Source of the DNA: an uncultured Actinomycetes bacterium
Lineage (GTDB): Bacteria; Actinomycetota; Thermoleophilia; UBA2241
Length of the DNA stretch: 64,000 bases
NCBI GenBank assembly: GCA_963755025.1
Contig: CAVWIH010000030.1
Coordinates: forward strand, 1 to 64,000
Direction of reading: 5' to 3'
The notes beneath the pieces are model-generated. The model saw nothing but the letters and a program-made list of their open reading frames with translations, was not told the DNA's origin and made no database searches. The position numbers and the translations under genes were made by a program. Within the stretch, counting starts at the first letter, position 1. Each line of letters opens with the position of its first letter. Shown here one piece after another: positions 33,029 to 42,639 of the stretch.

Positions 33029-33937
33029 TCAGGCGCGCGGCTGCGGCGAGAAGGGCAGCAGGCGTCCGGGGGCCGAGCCACGCGCCGAGTCGGCGAGCAG
33101 GAGAGCGTGACGCACCCTGTCCTTGCCGGCCGCCTTGGCCTGGTACATGAGGGCGTCGGCGGCCGCCAGCATCTCCTCGACCGAGTCGGGAGCGCGCCCG
33201 TACGACGCCAGGCCGATGCTGCAGGTCGTGCCGTCGTCGCCGATGGTGGAGACCCTGGGAAAGGCTTCGCGCAGGCGCGTGACCAGCGGCAGCGCGGCGT
33301 CGGCCCCGGTCTCGGGCATGACGATCACGAACTCGTCGCCGCCGATGCGGGCTACGGTGTCGACCGAGCGCGCCGTGGCCAGAGCCAGGGTGGCGAGGGC
33401 GATGAGGGTGCGGTCGCCGGCGTCGTGGCCCAGGCGGTCGTTGGTGCCCTTGAAGTCGTCGATGTCGATGTAGGCGAGCGAGAGCCCGTGGTGAAAGCGC
33501 CGGCTGCGCTCGATCTCGCGGGCGGCGACGTCGCGAAAGGCGCGCAGGTTGGCGACTCCGGTGAGCTCGTCGAGCCCGGCCTGTTCTTCGAGCCGGGCCA
33601 CGAGCTCGCGCACCTGCCGCATGAGGTACAGCACGATGCCGAAGACCGCGAGGCGCACGACCGCGTTCCACAGCGCGACGGCCGGCGAGCTGTAGTGGTA
33701 GTCGGAGACGACCGCGGCCACGAAGGTCGCCGCCATCGCCACGGCGCCGTAGCCGATCGATTCCGTGCCCCAGGCGACCAGCATGACGGGCAACAGATAG
33801 AAGATGCCGAGCGCCACGTGCGGGCCCGTGACGTAGTCGAGTACGCCGATCGCCGCCACGAGACCCAGGCCGACCAGCAGCAGCATGGGCCGCGACAGCG
33901 CGGCAAGGCGCTTGCAGAGGGCGCTCAGTGCGGCCAT
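33029..33937 (-). CDS. Membrane-anchored diguanylate cyclase (GGDEF)
   Basis: N-terminal TMs, DELTG, DIDDFK..ND..GH..GD and RIGGDEF. Confidence 0.92.
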   Translation of the reverse strand: MAALSALCKRLAALSRPMLLLVGLGLVAAIGVLDYVTGPHVALGIFYLLPVMLVAWGTESIGYGAVAMAATFVAAVVSDYHYSSPAVALWNAVVRLAVFGIVLYLMRQVRELVARLEEQAGLDELTGVANLRAFRDVAAREIERSRRFHHGLSLAYIDIDDFKGTNDRLGHDAGDRTLIALATLALATARSVDTVARIGGDEFVIVMPETGADAALPLVTRLREAFPRVSTIGDDGTTCSIGLASYGRAPDSVEEMLAAADALMYQAKAAGKDRVRHALLLADSARGSAPGRLLPFSPQPRA

Positions 33938-34016
33938 GAGGTGATGAGGCGACGGCGTGGGGCGGCCGGCAGAGAGGTGGGCCGCACGAAGTAGCTAGGG
34001 GGTCGCATGCCTCACG

Positions 34017-34044
34017 CTATCGGCCCCCGCGACGGCGAACTTGA
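34017..34044 (-). promoter_or_regulatory. Sigma28 (FliA/WhiG)-like promoter TCAAG-N15-GCCGATAG
   Basis: Read on the minus strand about 80 nt upstream of the GGDEF start. Same spacing as 54348-54375. Confidence 0.55.
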
Positions 34045-34216
34045 TGGTGCTCGCCGTTAGACCGTTGCCTGAGTTGGACCGTCGCGCGGCGCCGGCGCTG
34101 CTGGTTTGGGGACGCCGCGCTTGCGAAAGACCATGCGCTACACGAGCGCGGGCGCGCCGGACGGCACGTCGGCCTTGCCGCCCCCGCTCAAACGTAGCGT
34201 CGGCGCAGGAGAACGT

Positions 34217-35446
34217 GTGAGCGCGAGGGTCGCAGTCCCCGCAGAGGTCGCCCCCGGCGAGCGGCGGGTGGCGCTCGTGCCGGCGGCGGTCGTCAAGCTG
34301 GCCGCCCGCGGCATCGGGGTGATCGTCGAAGCGGGCGCCGGGCGCAACAGCTACTTCGCCGACGACGACTACGCCCAGGCCGGCGCCACGCTCGTGGCCT
34401 CGACCGCCGAGCTGTGGGCGGGCGCCGAGGTGGTCGTCAAAGTACGCCCACCCCTCCCTGCCGAGATCGGCCTGCTGCACCCGGGGCAGCTCCTCGTGGG
34501 GTTCATGGAACCGGCCCGCGATCCGCAGCGCGTCGCCGGCCTGCGCGACGCCGGCGTGACGGCGCTGGCCATGGAGCTCCTGCCGCGCGTCACGCGGGCG
34601 CAGTCCATGGACGCCCTCACCTCGCAGGCTTCGGCGGCTGGCTATCGGGCGGCGCTCATGGCGGCGTCGGGCCTCACGCGCTTCTTTCCCATGCTCACCA
34701 CACCGGCCGGCACCATCCGCCCGGCGCGTGTCCTCGTGCTGGGCGCGGGCGTCGCCGGCCTGCAGGCCATCGCCACGTCGCGGCGCCTGGGCGCCGTCGT
34801 CGAGGCTTACGACGTGCGCCCCGCCGCCAAGGAGCAGGTCGAGTCGCTCGGCGCGAAGTTCCTCTCGCTGGGCGTCGACGCCTCGGCGTCGGGGGGCTAC
34901 GCCCGCGAGCTCACCGCCGACGAGCACGAGCTCGAGCGCAAGCTCATCGCCGACCACGTGGCGGCCTCGGACGCGGTCATCACCACGGCCGCCATCCCCG
35001 GGCGCCGGGCGCCGCTGCTGGTGAGCGCCGCCATGGTCGAGGCCATGAAGCCGGGCGCCGTCCTGGTCGATCTCGCGGCCGAGGGCGGCGGCAACTGCGA
35101 GCTCACCAGCCCCGGCGAGACCGTCGAGCACGGCGGGGTGACCATCTTCGGGCCCCTCGACCTGCCCAGCCTGCTGGCGGTGAACGCCAGCGAGACCTAC
35201 GCCCGCAACATCTCCGACTTCCTCGGCCTGCTCATCCACGACGGCGAGCTCTCGCCCGCCTGGGACGACGAGATCGTCGCGGCCAGCGTGCTCACCCGCG
35301 ACGGCCGTATCGTGCACGAACCGACACGGGCGGCGGTCGAGGCGGCGCGCGACGCACCGGGTAGCGGCGCGCCTGACGCGCCCGCCGCACGCGACGGCGT
35401 GCCCGATGCGCACAGCGACGCACCCGGACAGGGGGCCGCCCAGTGA
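34217..35446 (+). CDS. pntA: NAD(P) transhydrogenase subunit alpha, part 1
   Basis: GERRVALVP, RAQSMDALTSQ, GAGVAGLQAI, TTAAIPG and GGNCE. Confidence 0.93.
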   Translation: MSARVAVPAEVAPGERRVALVPAAVVKLAARGIGVIVEAGAGRNSYFADDDYAQAGATLVASTAELWAGAEVVVKVRPPLPAEIGLLHPGQLLVGFMEPARDPQRVAGLRDAGVTALAMELLPRVTRAQSMDALTSQASAAGYRAALMAASGLTRFFPMLTTPAGTIRPARVLVLGAGVAGLQAIATSRRLGAVVEAYDVRPAAKEQVESLGAKFLSLGVDASASGGYARELTADEHELERKLIADHVAASDAVITTAAIPGRRAPLLVSAAMVEAMKPGAVLVDLAAEGGGNCELTSPGETVEHGGVTIFGPLDLPSLLAVNASETYARNISDFLGLLIHDGELSPAWDDEIVAASVLTRDGRIVHEPTRAAVEAARDAPGSGAPDAPAARDGVPDAHSDAPGQGAAQ

Positions 35447-35856
35447 GCGGCTGGAGCGCCCTGTACATCTTCATGCTGGCCGCCTTCACCGGCTACGTGA
35501 TCATCGGCGCCGTGCCGGTCATCTTGCACACGCCGCTCATGTCGGGCGCCAACTTCGTGCACGGCATCGTCCTGGTGGGCGCCATGGTGACGCTCGGCTT
35601 CGCGCACGGCACTCTCGAGACGGCGATCGGCGTGTTCGCCGTGGTGCTGGCCGCCATGAACGTGCACGGCGGCTACGTGGTGACGGTGCGCATGCTGGCC
35701 ATGTTCAAGAGCAGCCGCGACCGCCCGGGGCCGCAGCGGCCCGGCGACGGCGCCGGCGGGGGCGCCCACGCGTCCGCCGGCGGCGCCGACAAGCCCGCCA
35801 CACCCGGCCCCGACGCCGCCGGCGCGCCCGGTCAGGCTGCTCCTCCCCGCGCATGA
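35443..35856 (+). CDS. pntA: NAD(P) transhydrogenase subunit alpha, part 2
   Basis: LHTPLMSGAN and GGYVVT.RML.MF. Confidence 0.9.
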   Translation: MSGWSALYIFMLAAFTGYVIIGAVPVILHTPLMSGANFVHGIVLVGAMVTLGFAHGTLETAIGVFAVVLAAMNVHGGYVVTVRMLAMFKSSRDRPGPQRPGDGAGGGAHASAGGADKPATPGPDAAGAPGQAAPPRA

Positions 35857-37256
35857 GCGCCGTCGACGAGGTCATCAAGGCGAGCTACTTCGCCACGGCG
35901 GTGCTGTTCATCGCCGGCCTGCGCAGCATGAGCTCGCCGGCGACGGCGCGGCGCGGCATCGTGTGGGCCGGGGTGGGCATGACCGTCGCCGCGGCCGCCA
36001 CGTTCTTCACGCCGGGCCTGCACCACATCCCGCTCATGATCGGCGCCATCGTCGTGGGCATGGGCCTCGCGCAGTGGTCGGGGCGGCGCGTGCCCATGAC
36101 CGCCATGCCGCAGATGATCGCCCTCTTCAACGGCATGGGCGGCGGGGCGGCGGCGGCCATCGCCGCCGTGGAGCTCATCAAGGGCGGCGGGTCGGTCGCC
36201 GCCCAGCGGCCCGCCGACGTGGCCGTGCTGGCCGTCGTCGGGGCGCTGATCGGCGCGGTGTCGTTCGGCGGCAGCCTGATCGCCTTCGCCAAGCTGCAGG
36301 GGCTCATCAAGCGGGTGCTCGCCTTTCCGGGGCAGAACGCGGTCGACCTGTTCGTGCTGGCCGTGGCCGTCGCCGCCGGCGTGCTGGTCGCGCTCGGCGA
36401 GACCGGCACGATCAGGCACTACGGCACGCCGCTCGTGCTCGGCTTCGCCGGCGTGGCCTTCGCCTTCGGCATCCTCATGACGCTGCCCATCGGCGGCGCC
36501 GACATGCCGGTCGTGATCGCGCTCTACAACGCGTTCACCGGCCTCGCCGTGGCCTTCGAGGGCTACGTGCTGGGCAACCCGGCCATGATCATCGCCGGCA
36601 TGGTCGTCGGCGCGGCCGGCACCATGCTCACCCAGCTCATGGCCAGGGCCATGAACCGCTCGCTGGCCAACGTGCTGTTCAGCGGCTTCGGCGCGACGCC
36701 GGCCGCGGCGGGCGTCGCTACCGGCGCCGCCCGGCCCATCGACCCGAGCGACGCCGCCATCACGATCGCCTACGCCAGCAAGGTGATCGTCGCGCCGGGC
36801 TACGGCATGGCGGTGGCCCAGGCCCAGCACAAGGTGTGGGAGCTCGCCCAGCTCCTGCTCGACAAGGGCGTCCAGGTCAAGTTCGCCATCCACCCGGTGG
36901 CGGGGCGCATGCCGGGCCACATGAACGTGCTGCTGGCCGAGGCGGGCGTGCCCTACGACTACATCTACGACCTGGACGACATCAACCCCGAGTTCGCCAC
37001 GGCCGACGTGGCGCTCGTCATCGGCGCCAACGACACGGTGAACCTCTCGGCCAGAACGGACCCCGCGAGCCCGATCTACGGCATGCCGATCCTCGACGTG
37101 GGCCGGGCGGCCAACGTCGTCGTGATCAAGCGCGGCGCCGGCGCCGGCTTTGCCGGGGTCGAGAACCCGCTCTTCTTCGAAGACAACGTGCGCATGCTCT
37201 ACGGCGACGGCCAGGAAGCCGTCGCCGAGCTGATCCGCGGCATCAAGAGCGTGTGA
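35853..37256 (+). CDS. pntB: NAD(P) transhydrogenase subunit beta
   Basis: MTAMPQM, IGGADMPV, PGYGMAVAQAQH, HPVAGRMPGHMNVLLAEA and GANDTVN. Confidence 0.95.
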   Translation: MSAVDEVIKASYFATAVLFIAGLRSMSSPATARRGIVWAGVGMTVAAAATFFTPGLHHIPLMIGAIVVGMGLAQWSGRRVPMTAMPQMIALFNGMGGGAAAAIAAVELIKGGGSVAAQRPADVAVLAVVGALIGAVSFGGSLIAFAKLQGLIKRVLAFPGQNAVDLFVLAVAVAAGVLVALGETGTIRHYGTPLVLGFAGVAFAFGILMTLPIGGADMPVVIALYNAFTGLAVAFEGYVLGNPAMIIAGMVVGAAGTMLTQLMARAMNRSLANVLFSGFGATPAAAGVATGAARPIDPSDAAITIAYASKVIVAPGYGMAVAQAQHKVWELAQLLLDKGVQVKFAIHPVAGRMPGHMNVLLAEAGVPYDYIYDLDDINPEFATADVALVIGANDTVNLSARTDPASPIYGMPILDVGRAANVVVIKRGAGAGFAGVENPLFFEDNVRMLYGDGQEAVAELIRGIKSV

Positions 37257-37284
37257 AGCGGCGACGCGCCGCGGCGTTCGGGCC

Positions 37285-38319
37285 TCAGCTCACCGGCGCC
37301 TCGGAGGCGTAGCCGCCGGTGGCCTCCCAGTAGCCGATAGCGCGCTGCGCGGTGACCTCGACGCGCACGACCCACTTCACGTTCTTGTAGCCGAGCTGCG
37401 ACGGAATGACGAGGCGCAGCGGTCCCCCGTGCGCGGCCGGCAGCGGCGCGGCGTCGAGCACGTCGGCCAGCAGCGTCTCGGGCGCCTGGGCTTCGACCAG
37501 GCTGAGGCTGTCGGTGTAGCGGCCGCTGTAGGCGTGGAACGTGACAAAGCGGGCGTCGGGCTGCAGTCCGGCCTTGCTCAGCAGGTCGGAGACACGCACG
37601 CCCTCCCAGCCCAGGTGGTCGACGCTCCAGCCCTCGACGCAGTGAAAGGTGCGCGTCTCCTGCGTGCGCGGCAGCGCAAGCCAGGCGCTGCGGTCGAGGT
37701 GCAGCGGGGTGTCGACGAGACCGTCGACCTCGACGACCCAGTCGGCCGCGGCGCGGTCGGGCGGCCCTTCGATGTCGAGCACCGGAAAGCCGGCGAGCGG
37801 CCCCGACGAGCCCGCGCCGATCCCCCGCATGCCCGACTTGAAGACCAGGGCGGCGATCGCGGCGACCGCGGCGCCGGCGCCGGCGACCAGGAACCAGCGC
37901 CGGCTCACCCGCAGGGAGCGCTCGCCGCCCAGCTCGTCGGCCGCCTGGCCGTCGGGGGCGGCGGCTTGACCGTCGGGGGCCGCCTGACCGCCGCCGGCGG
38001 CGGCTTGACCGTCGGTGGCGGCGGCGCGAGCGCCGCCGCCACGGTCGCCGGCGGCGCCGCGCGGCGCGCGGTCGGCCGGGGTCCAGAGCATGACGAGCAA
38101 CCGGCCGAAGCGGCGGCGGTGCAGCACGACGTGGGCGACGACAGTGGCCACCAGCGCGACGGCGCCCCACTCGTGGATGGTGCGCCACTGGCCCAGCGAG
38201 CCGCTGAAGACCGGCAGGAGCTTGGCCGGCGCGAACAGCACCAGGCCGCTCACCGCGGTCGCGACAAAGGCGACTCCGGTGAGCACGACGACGACGAGCT
38301 GAAAAGTGGTCCTTCTCAT
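37285..38319 (-). CDS. Sulfite-oxidase-family (MsrP/YedY-like) Mo-binding protein with an N-terminal DUF4405-like membrane domain
   Basis: FHCVEGWS and HGGPLRLVIP..GYKNVKW. N-terminal TMs with His residues (IHEW, AHVVLH) and an internal SRRWFL. Confidence 0.85.
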   Translation of the reverse strand: MRRTTFQLVVVVLTGVAFVATAVSGLVLFAPAKLLPVFSGSLGQWRTIHEWGAVALVATVVAHVVLHRRRFGRLLVMLWTPADRAPRGAAGDRGGGARAAATDGQAAAGGGQAAPDGQAAAPDGQAADELGGERSLRVSRRWFLVAGAGAAVAAIAALVFKSGMRGIGAGSSGPLAGFPVLDIEGPPDRAAADWVVEVDGLVDTPLHLDRSAWLALPRTQETRTFHCVEGWSVDHLGWEGVRVSDLLSKAGLQPDARFVTFHAYSGRYTDSLSLVEAQAPETLLADVLDAAPLPAAHGGPLRLVIPSQLGYKNVKWVVRVEVTAQRAIGYWEATGGYASEAPVS

Positions 38320-38360
38320 GCGATCCTTGCGGCCACGCCCGCGGCGGCGGGCAGGGCCCT

Positions 38361-40346
38361 CTACATCAGGGGCAACAGGTGTGAGACGGCGCCGCCGATC
38401 ACGAGGGCGGTGGCCACGGTGCCGGCGCTGATCGTGGCGGCGCGGCGCCAGCCGAGCTCGTGGCCCAGCATGGCGATGGTCGCCACGCAGGGCACGAGGA
38501 TGGAGGCCACGAGGGCGTAGACGACGATCTGATGGGCCGTCATGAAGGTGCGCAGGTTGTACGCTCCGGCGCCGTAGCGGGCCACGGCGAACACCACGAG
38601 CATCTGCAGGGCGAGCTCTTTGCGCAGCACGCCGAGCAGCAGCGTCAGTCCGGCCACGGCCGGCAGGCCGAGCCAGCCCGACGACGACCGGGTGCAGCGG
38701 CCACTCGAGATGCCAGATGAGGCCGGTCTCGTAGAGGGCGCCCAGCGCGAAGCTGCCGATCAGCATGATGGGCGCCGCCGCCCAGAGGAAGGTGCCGAAG
38801 CGCTTCCAGGTCTTGACCGCCACGAGGCGCAGCGAGGGCCGGCGGAAGGGGAACATCTCCATGACGAGGCCCTCGGGCTCACCCGGCAGGATACGGTTGA
38901 GCAGCAGACCGGCGGCCAGTCCCACGAGGCCCAGCACGCCGAAGACGAAGAGCGCCCACTGCCAGCCCACGAACAGCGAGACCGAGCCCAGGATCACCGC
39001 GGTGCGGGCGCTGCAGGGCACCAGCACCACGAGCGTGCAGGCGATGGTGCGCTCGCGCTTGGTCGACAGCACGCGGGTGCCCATGATGGCCGGCACGTTG
39101 CAGCCGGCGGCGGCCATGAGGGGAATGACGGCGCGGCCGTGCAGGCCGAAGAGGTGCATGACGCGGTCGGCCAGAAAGGCGGCCGCGTTCATGTAGCCCG
39201 AGTCTTCGAGCAGGGCCAGCACGAAGTAGAAGGTCAGGATGTAGGGGATGCCGACCGCCAGGGCGGCGAGGATGCCGCCGTCGAGGCCCCAGAGCAGCGT
39301 GCCGGCCAGGGCGCCGTAGCCGAACAGGTGGTGCACGGCCGACGCCAGCACCGGCGACGCCGTGGCGCCCCACAGCGAGGTCAGCAGCCGCGACAGCCAG
39401 CCGCCGACGAAGAACAGAAAGGCGAACACCGAGGCCAGCACGGCCAGCAGGATGGGCACGCCGGTGATGGGCGAGGTGGTGGCCGCCCAGTAACGGTCGG
39501 CGGTGGGCGTCGCGGCCCGGCCCTCGGTGCAGGCCTCGGCGACCGCCGTGGCTGCGGCGTGGCGCGCGGCCGCTATGGACACGGCCAGCGTGGCGCGCTC
39601 GGCCGAGGCGACGATGGCGCTGGTCGGGCCGAAGGCCGCCGTGAGCTCGTCGTCGCCTTCGAGCAGCGCCAGGGCGGCGGCGCGCGGCGGCAGCCCCTCG
39701 GGCACGGCGCCCGGGCTGTCGACGAGCTTGCGCTTCGAGGTCGGCGACCTGCGCTTCGATGCGCTGCCGAGTAGCGCACGGCGCGGCCGCGCCCCAGGCC
39801 GTCGCTGCCGGTGGCCACCGCGGCGGCCGTGGCGACGAGCTCGTCGAGCCCCTCGCCGCGCCGCGCGACCGTCGGGATCACCGGCAGGCCGAGCGCTTGC
39901 GAGAGAGCGTGCGGGTCGATGCGCAGCGACTGGCGGTGCGCCTCGTCGATCAGGTTGAGGGCGATCACCACGCGCGGGCCCAGGTCGACGATCTGCAGCA
40001 CGAGGTAGAGGTTGCGGGCGAGGTTGGTGGCGTCGACCACGGCGATGACCACGTCGGGCTGCCAGTCGAGCAGCCCGTGGCGCGCGACCCACTGGTCTTC
40101 GGAGACGGGGTCGAGCGCGTAGGTGCCGGGCAGGTCGACGAGCTGCACCTCCTGCCCGGCCCAGGTCGCCGCGGCGACGTTCAGGCCGACGGTCATGCCC
40201 GGGTAGTTGGCGGTCTCGACGGCGGAGCCGGTGAGGCGGTTGAAGAGGGTCGATTTGCCGACGTTGGGGTTACCGGCGAGCGCGACCACCAGAGAGCTCG
40301 CCGAGCGCCGCTCGGTGCTCAGCGGAGTGCAGCAGGCGGTCGCCAC
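38361..40346 (-). CDS. feoB: Ferrous iron transporter FeoB (frameshifts near 39770 and 38675)
   Basis: GNPNVGKS, NYPGMT, DLPGTY, LEDSGY, GCNVPA, PCSAR, GVLRKE and PCVATI. Confidence 0.9.
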
Positions 40347-40356
40347 CGTAAGCCCT

Positions 40357-41012
40357 TTACGCCTGCACGAAGATCTTGCCGGCGACCTCGCGCCCAAGCG
40401 CATAGCGGGCGCGCCCTACGCGCACCAGCAGCGGTCCGCCGAACGGGGCGACGTCTTCGACGGCGACCGCGGTTTGCGGCAGCAGGCCGAGCGACGACAG
40501 GTAGCGCAGCAGGTCGGGCTGCTCGTCGGAGACGAACGAGATCGTGCTCTTCTGTCCGGCCGAAGTTCGGCCAGCGGGCGGGCGTGCTCTTCGGGCAGCT
40601 CGCCGTCGGGCGTGGGGATGGCGCGGCCGTGGGGGCAGGTCTGCGGGTTGCCCAGGTGCGCCGCGAGGCGCTCTTCGACTTCGTCGGAGAGGACGTGCTC
40701 GAACTTGCAGGCCTCGTCGTGCACCTTGTCCCAGGGGAGGTCGAGGTAGTCGGTGAGAAAGCGCTCGCTCAGGCGGTGGCGGCGTACGAGACGCAGGGCC
40801 TCGCGGCGCCCCTCCTTGGTGAGCAGCACGTGGCTTGCCTGGTCGCGTTCGACCAGTCCCTCGGTGGCCAGGCGGGCGACCATCTGCGACACCGAAGGCG
40901 CCGCCAGGCCGAGGTCGTCGGCCACGCGACCGACCGTCGCGCCTTCGGGCTGCTGCGTCAGCTTGAAAATCGCCTCGAGGTACTCCTCGCGGCTCTCGCT
41001 CCGTCCGGCCAT
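40357..41012 (-). CDS. DtxR/MntR-family metal-dependent repressor with C-terminal FeoA/SH3 domain (frameshift near 40550)
   Basis: EEYLEAI, PSVSQMV, RRHRLSERFL, ACKFEH and CPHG. Tail YLSSLGLLP...PFGGPLLV...KIFV. Confidence 0.9.
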
Positions 41013-41034
41013 ATCGGCTCCCTTCGCTCCTTGC

Positions 41035-41053
41035 TTAGGATAGCCTACCTCTC
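41035..41053. promoter_or_regulatory. DtxR/IdeR box-like operator TTAGGATAGCCTACCT
   Basis: Close to the DtxR consensus TTAGGTTAGCCTAACCTAA, about 25 nt upstream of the DtxR-family gene. Confidence 0.65.
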
Positions 41054-41192
41054 CTAGTTCGGCAACGAGATGGCGAACCTGTAGTTTCCACTCGCCCCTG
41101 GGACACGGCGCACCGATACGATGTCGTTCGTAGCGCCGAAGACCATCTCCCGGGTTGGCGCACGACGGGTGCCTGGGAGTACCATGCCAAGT

Positions 41193-41242
41193 GGGGATGG
41201 AGTCCCCCATTGAACGCCCCGCCCGGGGCTGATGGCTCCTGT
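41193..41242 (+). ncRNA. Fluoride (crcB) riboswitch
   Basis: GGGGATGGAGTCCCCC...AACGCCCC...GGGGCTGATGGCTCCTG matches the GATGGAG...GCTGATGRCTCCT consensus with pseudoknot pairing. A TACCAT -10 lies just upstream. Confidence 0.9.
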
Positions 41243-41289
41243 CGCGCCAAGAAGAGCGCCCACAGGGCCGTCACCAGGAGGACTTCGTC

Positions 41290-42537
41290 ATGCAGCACCT
41301 CTTCGCCATCGCCACGCTCTGGCTCGCCCTGGCCGTGGTCGCCGCCGTCATCGCCAACCGCCTGCGCGTCGCGATCGCCCTCGTCGAGATCTGCGTGGGC
41401 GTGGTCGTGGCGGCGGTCGCCACCCACTTCGGCTGGTTCGACGGCCTCGGCTCCAACCAGCAGTGGCTTCAGTTCCTCGCCTCGACGGGTGCCGTGATGC
41501 TCACCTTCCTGGCCGGCGCCGAGCTCGACCCCGCCGTCATCCGCACCAAGCTCACCGAGGTCTCGGTGGTCGGGCTGGTGGGCTTTGCGGCGCCGTTCCT
41601 CACCTGCGCGGCCGTGGCCCACTGGGTGCTGGGCTGGAACAGCCAGGCCAGCCTGCTGGCCGGCGTCGCCCTCTCCACGACCTCGATGGCGGTCGTCTAC
41701 TCCGTGATGCTGGAGACCGGCTTCAACCGCACCTCCTTCGGCAAGGGCATCCTGGGCTCGTGCTTCATCAACGACCTGGGCACGGTGATCGCGCTCGGCC
41801 TGCTGTTCGCGCCGTTCACCTATAAGACCGTCGTCTTCATCGCCGCCACGGTGGTCGTGTGCGTCGTGCTGCCCTTCACCATCAACCACATGACGCGCAT
41901 CTACGGCCATCGCACCGCCGCCATCCGCACCAAGCTGATCATGGTGGTGCTCCTCGGGCTCGGCGCGCTGGCCTACTGGGCGGGCAGCGAGGCCGTGCTG
42001 CCGGCCTACATCGTCGGCATCGTGCTGGCCGGCGGCGCCGCCCAGGACCACCACTGGATCCGCCGGCTGCGCACGCTCACGGTGGGCTTTCTCACGCCCT
42101 TCTACTTCTTGCGCGCCGGCACGCTGGTCAGCGTGAGCGCCGTCGCCGCGGCCCCGCTCGTAGTGCTGGCGCTCTTTGCCGGCAAGGTCGGCGCCAAGAT
42201 CTTCGGCCTCTTCCCCGTGGTCGGGCGCTTCCGGCGCGATCGCAAGGAACGCTGGTACTACACGCTCATGATGTCGACCGGCCTCACCTTCGGCACGATC
42301 TCGGCGCTCTACGGCCTGAGCCACGGCATCGTCACCCAGAAGCAGTACTCCTACCTGGTCGCCGTGGTCATCGGCACGGCCGTGATCCCCACCCTGATCG
42401 CCAGCGTGGCGTTCGTGCCACGGCACTTGCTGCCGGCCACCGAGGCCGCGGTCACCGTCGACGACGTGGCGGCGGCGGCGCGCGACGAGCTCGACCTCGA
42501 GCAGGAGGAGACCGAAGAGGTCACCGACGAGGGCTGA
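41290..42537 (+). CDS. Cation:proton antiporter (CPA/Na_H_Exchanger family)
   Basis: About 12 TMs, FLAGAELD, LSTTSMAVVY, INDLG and PFYFLRAG. AGGAGG RBS. Confidence 0.88.
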   Translation: MQHLFAIATLWLALAVVAAVIANRLRVAIALVEICVGVVVAAVATHFGWFDGLGSNQQWLQFLASTGAVMLTFLAGAELDPAVIRTKLTEVSVVGLVGFAAPFLTCAAVAHWVLGWNSQASLLAGVALSTTSMAVVYSVMLETGFNRTSFGKGILGSCFINDLGTVIALGLLFAPFTYKTVVFIAATVVVCVVLPFTINHMTRIYGHRTAAIRTKLIMVVLLGLGALAYWAGSEAVLPAYIVGIVLAGGAAQDHHWIRRLRTLTVGFLTPFYFLRAGTLVSVSAVAAAPLVVLALFAGKVGAKIFGLFPVVGRFRRDRKERWYYTLMMSTGLTFGTISALYGLSHGIVTQKQYSYLVAVVIGTAVIPTLIASVAFVPRHLLPATEAAVTVDDVAAAARDELDLEQEETEEVTDEG

Positions 42538-42639
42538 GTCGCCCCGACGGGGGGCGCGGCGTAAAACGCGCGGCGCGCCCGCCGGGCGCGCGGCGTCAGG
42601 CGCGCGGCGCGCCGGCCTCGAGCGTGACGCGCGCGCCCG

